Part shown: piece by piece, positions 40,483 through 54,423 of the stretch
Layout: the number at the start of each line of letters is the position of its first letter
Position numbering within the stretch: position 1 is the stretch's first letter
From: Polyangiales bacterium
GTDB taxonomy: Bacteria > Myxococcota_A > Polyangia > Polyangiales > Ga0077539
Reading direction: 5' to 3'
DNA length: 64,000 nt
Assembly (NCBI GenBank): GCA_044229975.1
Contig: JBGARZ010000009.1
Span: 283,947-347,946 of the forward strand
The notes under the pieces: generated by a model
What the model saw: only the letters and a program-made list of their open reading frames with translations
Told to the model about the DNA's origin: nothing
The model's database searches: none
Position numbers and translations under genes: made by a program

Positions 40483-40535
40483 CGCGCGACGACCGGTGGT
40501 TCCCCCCAGCGCCGATGCGCCTATCATCGGCGCCC

Positions 40536-42488
40536 ATGAACCCCAACTCGATCGAGAGCATGATGAAGGAGCACCGGGTGTTCGCGCCCGACGAGGAGTT
40601 CTCCGAGCACGCTCACATCCGCTCGATGGAGCAGTACCGGGCCCTCTACGAGAAGTCGCTGCAAGACCCCGAGGCGTTCTGGGGCGAGATGGCCGACGCG
40701 CTCCACTGGTTCGCCCGGCCGCGCGAGATCCTCGTCGACGAGCACCCGCACGCGCGCTGGTTCGTCGGCGGCACCACCAACATCTCCTACAACTGCCTCG
40801 ACCGGCACCTGTCGTCGCTGCGCCGCAACAAGGCCGCCATCCTCTGGGAGGGCGAGCCCGGCGAGACCCGAACGCTCACCTACCAGCAGCTCCACCGCGA
40901 GGTGTGCCGCTTCGCCAACGTGCTCCGCAAGCTCGGCGTCCGCACCGGCGACCGCGTCGCCATCTACATGGGCATGGTGCCCGAGATCGCCATCGCCATG
41001 CTCGCCTGCGCGCGCATCGGGGCGCCGCACACCGTCATCTTCGGCGGCTTCGCGGCCGAGGCCGTGCGCGACCGCGTCAACGACGCCAAGGCCTCGCTCC
41101 TCGTCACCTGCGACGGGGCGTGGCGGCGCGGGCACGTCGTGCCGCTCAAGTCCATCGTCGACAAGGCCATCGCCGAGTGCCCGAGCGTGCGACACACGGT
41201 GGTGTTCAAGCGCACCGGCGAGCGCGTCAACATGGAGCCCGGCCGCGACCACTACTGGCAGGAGGTCATGGAGGCGGTCACCGCCAGCTCGACGCCGCTG
41301 CCCGTGGAGAGCGAGCACCCGCTGTTCATCCTCTACACCTCCGGGACGACGGGCAAGCCCAAGGGCGTGGTGCACACCACGGGGGGCTACATGGTCGGCA
41401 CCCACGTCACGACCAAGTACGTCTTCGACCTCCGCGAAAACGACACCTATTTCTGCACCGCCGACGTCGGCTGGATCACCGGCCACTCGTACGTCGTCTA
41501 CGGCCCGCTGCTCAACGGCGCGACCGTGCTCATGTACGAGGGCGCGCCCAACTTCCCCGACGCGGGTCGGCTGTGGCAGCTCGCCGAGCGTTGGGGCGTC
41601 ACGATCTTCTACACGGCGCCGACGGCGATCCGGGCCTTCATGCGGTGGGGCGAGCAGTGGCCGATGAAGGCCGACCTCTCGGCGCTGCGCCTGCTCGGGA
41701 CGGTCGGCGAGCCCATCAATCCCGAAGCGTGGATGTGGTACCAGCGGGTCATCGGCAACGCGCGCTGCCCGGTGGTGGACACGTGGTGGCAGACCGAGAC
41801 GGGGGCCATCATGATCGCGCCGCTGCCGGGCGCGACGCCCACGAAACCAGGGAGCGCGACGCTGCCCTTCTTCGGCATCGAGGCCGACGTGGTGCGCAAG
41901 GACGGCACGCGCTGCGCACCCAACGAGGGTGGCTTTCTCGTCATCCGGCGGCCGTGGCCCTCGATGCTGCGCACCATCTACGGCGACGACGAGCGCTACC
42001 AGAAGCAGTACTTCTCGGACATCCCGGGGATGTACTTCACGGGCGACGGCGCGCGCCGCGACGAAGACGGCTACTTCTGGTTGATGGGCCGCGTCGACGA
42101 CGTGCTCAACATCTCGGGGCACCGACTGGGGACCGCGGAGATCGAGAGCGCGCTGGTGGGTCACCGCGCCGTGGCCGAGGCCGCGGTGGTGGGCCGGCCC
42201 GACGAGCTCAAGGGTCAGGGGCTGGTGTGCTTCGTGACGTTGCGACCGGGCTTCGCGGCGACCAACGAGCTCAAGCAGGTGCTGGCCGACCACGTGGGAT
42301 CGGAGATCGGTCGCTTCGCGCGGCCCGACGTGGTGCGCTTCTCCGACGCGCTGCCGAAGACGCGCAGCGGGAAGATCATGCGAAGGCTGTTGAAGGAGAT
42401 CGCGGCGGGCGGCGAGGCCAAGGGCGACACCACGACGCTGGAAGACCTGTCGGTGCTCGCGGCGCTGCGCGCGTCCGACGAGGAGTGA
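40536..42488 (+). CDS. acs: acetyl-CoA synthetase (AMP-forming)
   Basis: AMP-binding motif [11 protein letters not shown], YxTGD, acyl-activating lysine near SGKIMRR; 650 aa from internal Met 40536. Confidence 0.9.
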   Translation: MNPNSIESMMKEHRVFAPDEEFSEHAHIRSMEQYRALYEKSLQDPEAFWGEMADALHWFARPREILVDEHPHARWFVGGTTNISYNCLDRHLSSLRRNKAAILWEGEPGETRTLTYQQLHREVCRFANVLRKLGVRTGDRVAIYMGMVPEIAIAMLACARIGAPHTVIFGGFAAEAVRDRVNDAKASLLVTCDGAWRRGHVVPLKSIVDKAIAECPSVRHTVVFKRTGERVNMEPGRDHYWQEVMEAVTASSTPLPVESEHPLFILYTSGTTGKPKGVVHTTGGYMVGTHVTTKYVFDLRENDTYFCTADVGWITGHSYVVYGPLLNGATVLMYEGAPNFPDAGRLWQLAERWGVTIFYTAPTAIRAFMRWGEQWPMKADLSALRLLGTVGEPINPEAWMWYQRVIGNARCPVVDTWWQTETGAIMIAPLPGATPTKPGSATLPFFGIEADVVRKDGTRCAPNEGGFLVIRRPWPSMLRTIYGDDERYQKQYFSDIPGMYFTGDGARRDEDGYFWLMGRVDDVLNISGHRLGTAEIESALVGHRAVAEAAVVGRPDELKGQGLVCFVTLRPGFAATNELKQVLADHVGSEIGRFARPDVVRFSDALPKTRSGKIMRRLLKEIAAGGEAKGDTTTLEDLSVLAALRASDEE

Positions 42489-42498
42489 CGGGCACGGC

Positions 42499-45321
<2,823 letters not shown>

Positions 45322-45333
45322 CCGTCGACGCCT

Positions 45334-48300
45334 TCAGCCCGCCGCCACGCTGACCCACTCCCAACGCTCGAAGGGCTCTCCGGCCGCGCGGCCACGCAGG
45401 TGCACCCGCGCGGTGTAGACGCCCGTCTCACGAGCCACGAAGCTCGCCCGCAGCCCCGCTCCCTCGCGCACCTCGCAGGTCACCACCGCGCGTCGGCGGG
45501 TGAGCGTCGCGCGCGCGCCGAGCAGCTCGACCGCGGCGTCATCGAGGCGGGCGCGGAGGTCGAGGTCCACCCGCGCGCCGCGAGCGACACGGAGCGACGA
45601 CGTCTCGGCATCGACCATCAGCGGCGATGAGACGAAGCCCGCGACCGTGTACCGCACCCGACCCGGGCGCGCGGTGGTGACCTCGACGAACCATCGCCCC
45701 GGCGCAGGCGCCGCCACATCGAAGACGACGTACCCGCGGCCGACGACGCGCCGGACATACGATGCGTGCTCGTGGACGATGTGCCCGTCGGGGTGGCGGA
45801 GCCTCACGCCGATCGACGCACGCGACGTCGGTGATGCGGACTCGAATTGCAGGGTCGGGTCGTCCCACGCGCAGGTGAAGTACGCGCGCGTCGCCGCGGC
45901 CTCGACGAGGGCGCCGACACGGCCGGGCGTGGCGCGCAACGACTCGTTGGCGATGACACCGTCGCGGGTGACTGCTGCGCGGAGGAAGCCGAGTGCGACG
46001 GCCAGGTCGTCGGGTCGCGACGCGGCGTAGAGCCGACCGCCCGAGCGCTCGGCGACGTCGGCGAGGGTGACGGCGGCACGCGGGCCGAGAGCACATGTGT
46101 AGACCGGGACGCCGACCGGAGGCTCCACGCGAGCGTCGCTCCCCGAGACGACCACGACGGCGCGGCGACGGTCGTCGGCGACGAAGAAGTCGGCGTCGAG
46201 AGAAGCCATCGCGACAGAGTCACCGGGGCGGAGCAGGTCGATGAAGTGCCGCGCGCCCTGGCGCAATTGCTCATCGCGTTCCGACGGGTCGAGGGCGAGC
46301 AGCACCTGCGCGGGGTCGGCGGTCACCTCCTGCGCGTTTTCGATGACGAGCGCGAAGTCCTGCCACGGGGTTGGGTCGTCGGGTGACGCGGCGTGGTGGG
46401 TCAGCCTCGTCGCGATGACTCGCACCGTGTAGATCCCGTCGGCCGCGGGCAGATACACGCACTCGACGTTGTTGAGCTCGTCGACGAACGCACCGGGCAC
46501 CGACCAGCCGTCGCGGAAGTGGTTGCCGTGCCAGGTGAGCGCGCCGTCGTCCCGCGCGACCTCCAGCGAGAGCTTGTTGACCAGCGCCTGGAGCGCCAGC
46601 GGGTTGCCGGGCGCGTCGGTGTAGACCAGCGACACGCGCAGGGGTTTGCCCGCGTGGACCACCGACACCCGAAGCGTCACGACCTGGTTGGTCGCCGTCA
46701 GCGCGATGTGCTGATCGAAGAAGAGCCGCGGCCCGCGATCGGACCCCGGGGACTGGAGCACCACCGTGCTCAGGCAGGCCCTGCCCCAGCCCTGGTAGCG
46801 ATCAGGAACCGGGGCGATGACCGCGTCGGTCGACGAGCTCACCGGGCCGCCCGCGCAGTCGACGGCGCCGTTGACGAGCAGTGCCTTGAGCATCGCCGGG
46901 CTCGGGTCGACGCCTCCGGTGCGCTGTCGCCACCACTGCACGTAGAGCGCGCAGAGCCCGCTGACGTGGGGCGCGGCGATGGAGGTTCCGCGGGCCAGCA
47001 CGTAGCGATGCGGAAAGACCTCCAGGCCGAAGGTCGGCACCGCCTGCGAGTGCACGGCCGTGACGAAGACCCCGGGCGCCACGACCGTCGGCATCATGCG
47101 GCCGTCCCTTGCGGGGCCGATGCTGCTCTTGAGGCCGAGCGCGCGGAGGTCGGACGAGAGCCCCGAGTCGCCGACGCGGCCGGCCATGGTGGCGCCGACG
47201 ACGATGACGTTCTTGGTCTCCCAGGGTGCGCCGAGGGTGCCGTCGGTGGCCACGCGTGGCGCGGGTCCCATGTTGCCCGCCGCGGCGACCAGGGTGAGCG
47301 CGACGCCGGAGCCGTCGCCGAGCGCGTCGCGGACGGCGCCGTCGTAGAGCTCGGAGCGCGCGCTGTATCCCTCGTTGCATTGGTGGGCGTGCGTCTCGTC
47401 GCTCGCGCACCAGCTCAGGTTGGCGATGGTGGCCCCGTGGCGGACGAGGCGCGCCACGCGGTCGCGGTCGTCCGTGGCGACGCCCCGGTTGATGGCGTTG
47501 ACGCTGCTGAACGCCGCCGCCGGCGCGACCCCGAGGCCGTAGAGAAAGCCTTCGTCGTCTGATGTTCCGGCCGCGGCGTTGCCGACCGCGACGCTCGCGA
47601 CGCGCGTTCCGTGGCCGCTGCGGTCGGTCACAAACGCCCCGCCCGTGACGTCGTCGAAGGCGCGGCCGCGACCGCGGAGGTCGACGTGCAGGGTGGCGTC
47701 GTCGTTGGTGTCGATGCCCGAGTCGATGAAGCCGATGGTGATCCCGGTGCCGTCGAGCCCGAGCGCGCGCTGCACCGCGCCATACCCGGGGACGGGCTGC
47801 GTGTGCGGAGGCGGCGCAGCGTCGAGGCAGCCGACGATGATCTGGGCGGAGCGTTCGTCGAGGGGAGCGTCGGCCCCGGCGGCCTCGATGCCGACGACGG
47901 CGGGCAGGCGGAGCAGCGCGGGCAGGCGAGCAGCGTCGACGGTCGCGCGCACACGATCGGGTCCGGTGACCCGTGGGGCCGACGCGACGCCGAGCGCCTC
48001 GACGACGGCGGCGAGTGCAGCGATCGGAGCGACCCGCACGAGGATGGTGCGCGCGCCGGTAGCCGTCATGAGCGACGGGTGCAGGCGATAGGCGGGCTGC
48101 ATGGGTTGGCACCACGCGACGAAGGGGAGCGCGCGGAGGCGGCGGGCTCGCTCGGGGGAGACCACCGCCCAGAGTCCATACGGAGGAACGGGGCGCAGAC
48201 CCGAAGCGCCTTCGACGCGGATGCGATCGATCCACTCGGTGGTGAGGGGCCCGCGGAGCTGGATGAGCCAGTGGGGCCACGACGCGGCGAGGTCGGGCGG

Positions 48301-48585
48301 GACCGCGAGCTCAGTGGGTGGCGCAACGAGCGGGCGCGACAGGTCGAGGGTGACGGCGGCGAGCTTGAGCAGGTGGCGATCGAGGAGCGGGCGCACACGA
48401 AAGCCGAGCGCATCGAGCGTGTCGAGCGACGCAGCAGGTGCGACGAGGCACCCATCGGGGTGGGTGGCGGTGACGGCGATGCCCGCGCGGAGGAGTCGCG
48501 CGCGAAGGCCCGCGACGGAGGAATCACCCGAGGGGACGTGGGCGCTGACGAAGTGACAGTCGTCGAGGACGGGCGCCGACCTCAC
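45334..48585 (-). CDS. subtilisin-like serine peptidase (S8) with large N- and C-terminal extensions, no signal peptide
   Basis: catalytic triad motifs GFIDSGID, SGHGTRVASV, GTSIAAPHVSG; 1083 aa; GTG start. Confidence 0.75.
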   Translation of the reverse strand: MRSAPVLDDCHFVSAHVPSGDSSVAGLRARLLRAGIAVTATHPDGCLVAPAASLDTLDALGFRVRPLLDRHLLKLAAVTLDLSRPLVAPPTELAVPPDLAASWPHWLIQLRGPLTTEWIDRIRVEGASGLRPVPPYGLWAVVSPERARRLRALPFVAWCQPMQPAYRLHPSLMTATGARTILVRVAPIAALAAVVEALGVASAPRVTGPDRVRATVDAARLPALLRLPAVVGIEAAGADAPLDERSAQIIVGCLDAAPPPHTQPVPGYGAVQRALGLDGTGITIGFIDSGIDTNDDATLHVDLRGRGRAFDDVTGGAFVTDRSGHGTRVASVAVGNAAAGTSDDEGFLYGLGVAPAAAFSSVNAINRGVATDDRDRVARLVRHGATIANLSWCASDETHAHQCNEGYSARSELYDGAVRDALGDGSGVALTLVAAAGNMGPAPRVATDGTLGAPWETKNVIVVGATMAGRVGDSGLSSDLRALGLKSSIGPARDGRMMPTVVAPGVFVTAVHSQAVPTFGLEVFPHRYVLARGTSIAAPHVSGLCALYVQWWRQRTGGVDPSPAMLKALLVNGAVDCAGGPVSSSTDAVIAPVPDRYQGWGRACLSTVVLQSPGSDRGPRLFFDQHIALTATNQVVTLRVSVVHAGKPLRVSLVYTDAPGNPLALQALVNKLSLEVARDDGALTWHGNHFRDGWSVPGAFVDELNNVECVYLPAADGIYTVRVIATRLTHHAASPDDPTPWQDFALVIENAQEVTADPAQVLLALDPSERDEQLRQGARHFIDLLRPGDSVAMASLDADFFVADDRRRAVVVVSGSDARVEPPVGVPVYTCALGPRAAVTLADVAERSGGRLYAASRPDDLAVALGFLRAAVTRDGVIANESLRATPGRVGALVEAAATRAYFTCAWDDPTLQFESASPTSRASIGVRLRHPDGHIVHEHASYVRRVVGRGYVVFDVAAPAPGRWFVEVTTARPGRVRYTVAGFVSSPLMVDAETSSLRVARGARVDLDLRARLDDAAVELLGARATLTRRRAVVTCEVREGAGLRASFVARETGVYTARVHLRGRAAGEPFERWEWVSVAAG

Positions 48586-48630
48586 CCCCGCAGCTACCGT
48601 CGAAGCGTGACCTTGAATCAGGGCGCAGTC

Positions 48631-48930
48631 TCAGCTCGCCGAGACCTTGCCAATGCCACCCGGCACCGCGACCGGCGTGTCGGGTCGTTGCGTGGTGGGC
48701 GGCTGCGGCGGGGTCGGCGGCTGATGCGGCTGCACCGGAGGGATGCCACCCGCCGGGGGAATCGGCGGCTGCGGCGGCTGCGGCGGGTGCACACCGGCAT
48801 CACGTCGCGGCGGGGTCTGCGCGTGGGCATCGGTGAGGCAACCCTCGACGGAGATGCCCGCGGCGAGCAGGGCGACCAGCGTGGGGAGCGCGCTGCTGCG
48901 CGGCGAGGCGATGGGGCGGCGTGAGCTCAT
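48631..48930 (-). CDS. small Pro-rich secreted protein
   Basis: signal peptide then PQPPQPPIPP... repeats; start at internal Met. Confidence 0.4.
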   Translation of the reverse strand: MSSRRPIASPRSSALPTLVALLAAGISVEGCLTDAHAQTPPRRDAGVHPPQPPQPPIPPAGGIPPVQPHQPPTPPQPPTTQRPDTPVAVPGGIGKVSAS

Positions 48931-48986
48931 GGTGTTGGATTCTCCACGACCTTCTACCCCGACAACAGCCCCCGCCTTGGCTCCCC

Positions 48987-49649
48987 TCAACCCTTCAGCC
49001 GACTCCACAAGAACACCGCCGCCGCCCCAAGCAGCGCCATCGCCAGCCCCAGCGTCAGCAGCGCCACCCCGGTGCTCGGACCCTTCTTGGCGGGGCGTTC
49101 CCAGTCGTCGCGCACCCTCGCGTCGGGCTCCGTCGCGTCGGCCCGCGGCGCCGGCCTCTCGCCCTCCTCCAACAAGCCCTGCGTGAGCTTCTCGGTGGCG
49201 GCCTCGTTCGCCGCGTCGCCCTCTTCGGGTCGCGCGGGTCGGTGATGCTCGCGCACCAGGCGACCCAACATCCGCTGCGCCGCCCCGCGGTTGAGCGGAA
49301 CCAACGCCGCCGCCAGCTCAGCCACCAGACCCTGGTGGGTGTGCGTGTTGGCCCGCAGCGTCGCCGTCAGCTCCGCGATGGACGCGGGCGCCGGGTAGAG
49401 CACCGTCTCCAGCAGCGTGGCCACGCCCTCCTGCGCCTCGCGGTCGTCCACCGCGGGGGAGCACAGCTCGTTGAGCTTCACGACGCCGTTCTCGTCGACC
49501 TCGATGCCGCTGCCGTCGAGCACCACGCGCCGGTCGCGCATCGCTTCGACGGCTTGCAAGACGATGAACAGCGCGCTCTCCGGGGTCATGGGCGCGCCGC
49601 GACGCGACATCGCGCCCACCAGTTCGTCCATCGCCACAGCGTCGCTCAT
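48987..49649 (-). CDS. tail-anchored protein with degenerate kinase-like helical domain
   Basis: single C-terminal TM helix (GVALLTLGLAMALLGAAAVFLW); weak kinase C-lobe-like segment without HRD/DFG. Confidence 0.45.
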   Translation of the reverse strand: MSDAVAMDELVGAMSRRGAPMTPESALFIVLQAVEAMRDRRVVLDGSGIEVDENGVVKLNELCSPAVDDREAQEGVATLLETVLYPAPASIAELTATLRANTHTHQGLVAELAAALVPLNRGAAQRMLGRLVREHHRPARPEEGDAANEAATEKLTQGLLEEGERPAPRADATEPDARVRDDWERPAKKGPSTGVALLTLGLAMALLGAAAVFLWSRLKG

Positions 49650-49661
49650 CGGTTCTCCGGC

Positions 49662-50456
49662 TCAGGCGTCGTCGCGCACGACGACACCGCGGCCGCGAAG
49701 GTAGTCCCGCGCTTCTCGCAGGGTGAAATGACCGTCATGGAAGATGGTCGCCGCCAGCGCCGCGTCGGCCCCGCCGCCGCCCTCCGCGATGGGCAACACC
49801 CCCAATGCGAGGTGCTCCAGCGTCCCGACGCCGCCGCTCGCGATCACCGGGCAGCCCACCGCCTCGACCACGGCGCGCACCAGGTCGAGGTCGTAGCCGA
49901 GGCCCGTTCCGTCGCGGTCCATGCTCGTGAGGAGGATCTCCCCGGCGCCCAGCCGGTCGACCTCGCGCACCCACGCCAGCGCGTCGAGCCCGGTGTCCAC
50001 CCGACCTCCATTGATGAACACCCCCCAGCCCTCGCTCGCGTCGTCGGGGTTTCGTCGCCGCGCGTCGATGGCCACCACCAGCGCCTGCCGACCGTACGCG
50101 CCCGCCACGGCTTCGATGAGCGACGGGTTCTTCACCGCCGAGCTGTTGACCGACACCTTGTCGGCGCCCGCCCGCAGGATGGCGTCGACGTCCTCGCGCG
50201 TCCGAATCCCGCCCCCCACCGTCAGCGGAACAAACACCTCGTCCGCCGTGCGCGCCACCACGTCGAGCAGGATGTCGCGCGCCTCGTGCGAGGCCGTGAT
50301 GTCGAGGAAGGTGATCTCGTCGGCGCCCGCCCGGTCGTAGGCCCGCGCGCAGTCCACCGGGTCGCCCGCGTCGCGCAGACCCACGAAGCGAACGCCCTTC
50401 ACCACCCGGCCGTTCTTCACGTCGAGGCAGGGGATCAACCGACGCGCGACGGTCAT
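49662..50456 (-). CDS. hisF: imidazole glycerol phosphate synthase cyclase subunit
   Basis: [13 protein letters not shown] and conserved (beta/alpha)8 motifs. Confidence 0.9.
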   Translation of the reverse strand: MTVARRLIPCLDVKNGRVVKGVRFVGLRDAGDPVDCARAYDRAGADEITFLDITASHEARDILLDVVARTADEVFVPLTVGGGIRTREDVDAILRAGADKVSVNSSAVKNPSLIEAVAGAYGRQALVVAIDARRRNPDDASEGWGVFINGGRVDTGLDALAWVREVDRLGAGEILLTSMDRDGTGLGYDLDLVRAVVEAVGCPVIASGGVGTLEHLALGVLPIAEGGGGADAALAATIFHDGHFTLREARDYLRGRGVVVRDDA

Positions 50457-51178
50457 CGCCCGCCTCCGATCGCCAGCGCCTCGTGCGCCGTAAACGCCCC
50501 CTCGTAGAGCGCGCGACCCACCACCACGGCGCCGATGACCTCCGTCGCCGCGAGCGCCCTCAGGTGGTCGAGCGACCCGATGCCACCGCTCGCGATCACC
50601 AGCGCATCGGGCACTGCGCGCGCGAGGCGTTCGGTGGCGGCGACGTTGGGCCCCTCGCCCGTTCCGTCGCGGGCGATGTCGGTGTAGAGCACCGCGCGCG
50701 CACCGCGGGAAACACAGTCTTTTGCGAGGGTCGTGGCGTCGATGGTGGTGGTCTCGGTCCAGCCTTTGGTGGCGACCTTCCCGTCGCGGGCGTCGACGGC
50801 CACGGTCACGTCGAGCACCTCGCTCGCCTCGCGAACGAAGCCCGGATCTTCCACCGCGCGCGTCCCGATGATGACGCGCGAGGCGCCCGCGTCGCGGTAG
50901 GCGCGCACCTGCTCGATGGTGCGGATGCCGCCGCCCACCTGCAGCTTGAGCGCGGCGCCGAAGCGGGCGAGCAACGAACCCACGAGCGGACTTTGCGTGG
51001 CCTTGCCGTCGCGCGCGCCGTCGAGGTCGACGAGGTGCACCCAGGTGGCGCCCGCGTCGAGGTAGGCCGCGACCACGGCGGCCGGGTCGGTGCCGTACAC
51101 GGTGACCTTCTCGTAGTCGCCCTGGTGCAGGCGAACGACACGGCCACCCAGGAGGTCCATCGCGGGGATGACGATCAC
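50453..51178 (-). CDS. hisA: 1-(5-phosphoribosyl)-5-[(5-phosphoribosylamino)methylideneamino]imidazole-4-carboxamide isomerase
   Basis: [14 protein letters not shown]; GTG start overlapping hisH stop (GTGA); ORF track extension upstream is antisense to hisH. Confidence 0.85.
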   Translation of the reverse strand: MIVIPAMDLLGGRVVRLHQGDYEKVTVYGTDPAAVVAAYLDAGATWVHLVDLDGARDGKATQSPLVGSLLARFGAALKLQVGGGIRTIEQVRAYRDAGASRVIIGTRAVEDPGFVREASEVLDVTVAVDARDGKVATKGWTETTTIDATTLAKDCVSRGARAVLYTDIARDGTGEGPNVAATERLARAVPDALVIASGGIGSLDHLRALAATEVIGAVVVGRALYEGAFTAHEALAIGGGR

Positions 51179-51849
51179 GGCACGCTCCGCACGAACGAAC
51201 GCAGCAGCGCGAGCCCCGCCGCCTGCGACTTCTCGGGGTGAAACTGCACCGCCCACAACCTCCCGCGCGACACCGCGCTCACGAAGCGACCACCGTGATC
51301 GGTCTCGCCCGCGACGCCGTCGCGAGAGCCCTCCTCGGGCACCACGAAGTAGCTGTGGACGAAGTAGTACCAGCGCGTGTCGCCCAGCCACGCGGCGTTG
51401 TCGGGAGATGACGGGAGCACCTGGTTCCAGCCCATGTGGGGGACCTTGAGGCGGGCGCCCTTCGCGTCGGTCATGCCGTCGGCGAAGCGGCGCACCTCGC
51501 CGCGAAACACCCCGAGCCCGTGGGCGCCGCGCGCCTCTTCGCTCGACTCGAAGAGCACCTGCAATCCGAGGCAGATGCCCAGGTACGGTCGGTCGTCCGC
51601 GAGGTGGGCGCCCACTGCCTTGGCGAGCGCGCCGCCGTGGCGATGCAGCGCCGTCGCGCAGTCCCCGAAGGCACCCTGCCCCGGCATCACCAGCGCCGAC
51701 GCCTCGCGCAACGCGCCCGGGTCGTTGGTGCACCGAACCAGGTCGGGCGAGCGCCCCTCCGCGACGAGCGCAGCACGCAGCGCCCGCTCCACCGAGCGCA
51801 GGTTGCCGAGGCCCACGTCGACCACCGCGATGACGCCGCCGTCGCTCAC
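51175..51849 (-). CDS. hisH: imidazole glycerol phosphate synthase glutamine amidotransferase subunit
   Basis: GATase1 motifs [18 protein letters not shown]; GTG start overlapping hisB stop. Confidence 0.85.
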   Translation of the reverse strand: MSDGGVIAVVDVGLGNLRSVERALRAALVAEGRSPDLVRCTNDPGALREASALVMPGQGAFGDCATALHRHGGALAKAVGAHLADDRPYLGICLGLQVLFESSEEARGAHGLGVFRGEVRRFADGMTDAKGARLKVPHMGWNQVLPSSPDNAAWLGDTRWYYFVHSYFVVPEEGSRDGVAGETDHGGRFVSAVSRGRLWAVQFHPEKSQAAGLALLRSFVRSVP

Positions 51850-52433
51850 TCCGTAAGTGTCCCCTTGGTCGACGGCAGGAGCGTTCCCTCCACCCGCACC
51901 GCCTCCCGCAGCGCCCGCGCCAGCGCCTTGAACGAACACTCGATGACGTGGTGCAGGTTGTCCCCCTCGATGCGCCGCACGTGCAGGTTGCACATCGCCC
52001 CGCGCGCGAAGCCCTCGAAGAACACCCCCGCCAGCTCGCTGTCGAAGGTGCCCAGCTTCGCCTTCGGGAGGTTCAACCGCTCGACGTAGTAGGTGCGCCC
52101 CGAGAGGTCGAGCGCCACCTGGCAGAGCGCCTCGTCCATCGGCAGCGTCGCCTCGCCGTAGCGTCGGATGCCCTTGCGATCACCCAGCGCCTGCTCGACG
52201 GCGCGGCCGATCACGATGGCGAGGTCTTCCGTGGTGTGGTGCCCATCGATCTCCACGTCGCCCGTCGCGCGCACCGTGAGGTCCAAGCCCCCGTGCCGCG
52301 CGAGCTGATCGACCATGTGACTCAAGAAGGGGATGGGCGTCTGCACGTCGCCGACCCCCTGACCGTCCAGGTCGACGGTCACCGTGATGGACGTCTCTCG
52401 TGTGGTGCGGGTCACCGTAGCCGCGCGCGTCAT
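51846..52433 (-). CDS. hisB: imidazoleglycerol-phosphate dehydratase
   Basis: IGPD motifs (TRETSI, IPFLSHMV, DGHHTTED); start at internal Met 52433. Confidence 0.85.
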   Translation of the reverse strand: MTRAATVTRTTRETSITVTVDLDGQGVGDVQTPIPFLSHMVDQLARHGGLDLTVRATGDVEIDGHHTTEDLAIVIGRAVEQALGDRKGIRRYGEATLPMDEALCQVALDLSGRTYYVERLNLPKAKLGTFDSELAGVFFEGFARGAMCNLHVRRIEGDNLHHVIECSFKALARALREAVRVEGTLLPSTKGTLTE

Positions 52434-52507
52434 GGCAGTGCCGCCGCGTACCATGTCGCTCGCGCCTCTCGCAAACATCGTCCCAACGCGCTACCCCTGA
52501 ACACGTC

Positions 52508-53128
52508 ATGTCCCTCCTGCTCATCGCCGCGGCGCTCTCCCTGTTCGCGCTCTTCTCCCTCGGCGCGCGGGCCCTCCTCCATCGCGCGACCATCCAGCGC
52601 AGCCGCTTCGATCGCACCCTCGTCACGGCCCACTGGGAGTCGCTCGTCATGCAGCGCCGCGACCTGCGACTCGCCGTCGATGCCGTCGGTGTTCCGACCC
52701 TCCACGGCCGCGTCGGCGCCGTCGCGTACACCATCCAGGTGAGCGCCTCCGACGGACCATGGGGAGGCCGCCCCCTCGCGCAGACCGCCGCCCTCGCCGG
52801 CGCCCCGCGCATCGCCCTCTGCCGCAAAGGGGAAGAGGCCGTCCCCGTCCCCGGCATGCCCGCCGAGCTCAGCACCGGCGACGCGGACTTCGACGCCGTC
52901 TTCGAGGTGCGCTGCGACGACCCCGAAGCCGCCCGCGCCCGCCTCGGCAACACCGTCCGCGCCGCGCTGCTCGCCATCCCCGGGGCCTTCGCGTGGGCCG
53001 ACGGCGAGGGGCTGCGCGTCGACCTCGGCGCCTCCGCCACCGCCATCGACCACGCCCTCCTCGACGCCCTGCGCGACGTGCTCGTCGGGATGTCCAACAC
53101 CGCGCCGCCCGCCGTCGCCGCGGGCTGA
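52508..53128 (+). CDS. membrane-anchored hypothetical protein
   Basis: N-terminal TM helix, no recognised domain. Confidence 0.45.
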   Translation: MSLLLIAAALSLFALFSLGARALLHRATIQRSRFDRTLVTAHWESLVMQRRDLRLAVDAVGVPTLHGRVGAVAYTIQVSASDGPWGGRPLAQTAALAGAPRIALCRKGEEAVPVPGMPAELSTGDADFDAVFEVRCDDPEAARARLGNTVRAALLAIPGAFAWADGEGLRVDLGASATAIDHALLDALRDVLVGMSNTAPPAVAAG

Positions 53129-54388
53129 CTACGTCGCGCCGAGGTAGCCGAAGCGCGCGCGAAAACCTTCGGGCGTGAGGTTGGTCCTGGCGGCGAGGTG
53201 GGCGAGCTGCGCCGGGTCGGCGAAGTCGTCGGCGCGCAGACGCACCATGTACGAGTGGGCGATGCGGTAGCGCTCGCTGTCGATGGCCACCATGCGAACC
53301 TTCGCGCGGCCCTTCTCCCGGTCGATGATCTGCTCGAACGGAACCGGCACGAAGCGCCCGCCCTGCATGGAGATCATCACCCCGCTGCCGCCGTCGATGA
53401 GGTAGCGCGCGGCGCAGTAGCCGAGGTCGCGCGTGTACTCCAGGTCGAAGGGAATCGGGTCGCAGCACCGCAGCTCGTAGCCGATGTCCTTGCCCACCAC
53501 CGTGGCCTGCACCCCGATCGACCGCAGCGTGCGCCGCACCTCGTCACGCAGGATGGTCTCCAGGCTCAGCTCCGTGAACACCAGGTTGCCGTGCTGGTCG
53601 CGCTCGCCGTTGTCGAAGCGCGCGAGCTCCTCCCGCGGGATCATCTCCAGCAGCCCTTCGGCCACCACCGCCACGCCGTCGTGACGGTCGTCCGCGGCGC
53701 GCTTCACGATCGACCCCACCAGCATGTCGGCGATGGTCTGCAACGGGACCCGCGCGCCCCGAAACTCCTCCGGGATGAGCGTCACCGTCGCGCCCGCCGC
53801 CTTGCCGATGCCCAGCGCGAGGTGCCCCGCCTGCCGCCCCATGGTCACCACCACGTACCAGCGGCGGGTGGTGCGCGCGTCGTTCATGAGGTTGCCGACG
53901 ATCTCCACGCCGTAGTGCCGCGCCGTCTGAAACCCGAAGCAGTCCACCTCGGGCGGCAGGTCGAGGTCGTTGTCGATGGTCTTCGGGACGTGCGCCACCC
54001 GCAGCGCGTCACCCGCCGCGCAGCTCAGGCGCCACGCCGAGTTGGCCGTGCCGTCGCCCCCGACGGTGATGAGCTTGTCGACCCCGAGCGCCCGCAGCGA
54101 GGCCAGCGTGCGCGCCATCGACTCCGCGTCCTTCGTCGGGTTCGCCCGCGAGATGCCCAGCGTCGACCCGCCGCGGAAGTGCATCCGCGAGACGTCCTTG
54201 ATGCGCAGCGGCGTAACGCGCGACGTGTCCCCGGCCATCAGCCATTGAAACCCATCCTGGATGCCCAGCACCTCGACCCCCGAGAGGCACGCCCGGATGG
54301 TCGACGCCGCGATCACCGAGTTCAACCCCGGGGCCGGACCGCCCGCACACAGAATCCCCAACCGCCCTGTCTTGTCGCTCGTCGTCAT
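53129..54388 (-). CDS. pfkA: 6-phosphofructokinase
   Basis: GILCAGGPAPGLN, GGDGT, MGR motifs; alternative start 54403. Confidence 0.85.
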   Translation of the reverse strand: MTTSDKTGRLGILCAGGPAPGLNSVIAASTIRACLSGVEVLGIQDGFQWLMAGDTSRVTPLRIKDVSRMHFRGGSTLGISRANPTKDAESMARTLASLRALGVDKLITVGGDGTANSAWRLSCAAGDALRVAHVPKTIDNDLDLPPEVDCFGFQTARHYGVEIVGNLMNDARTTRRWYVVVTMGRQAGHLALGIGKAAGATVTLIPEEFRGARVPLQTIADMLVGSIVKRAADDRHDGVAVVAEGLLEMIPREELARFDNGERDQHGNLVFTELSLETILRDEVRRTLRSIGVQATVVGKDIGYELRCCDPIPFDLEYTRDLGYCAARYLIDGGSGVMISMQGGRFVPVPFEQIIDREKGRAKVRMVAIDSERYRIAHSYMVRLRADDFADPAQLAHLAARTNLTPEGFRARFGYLGAT

Positions 54389-54423
54389 GGAGTGCCGGGC
54401 CATGTTAGGGTCAGCGCCCCGCC

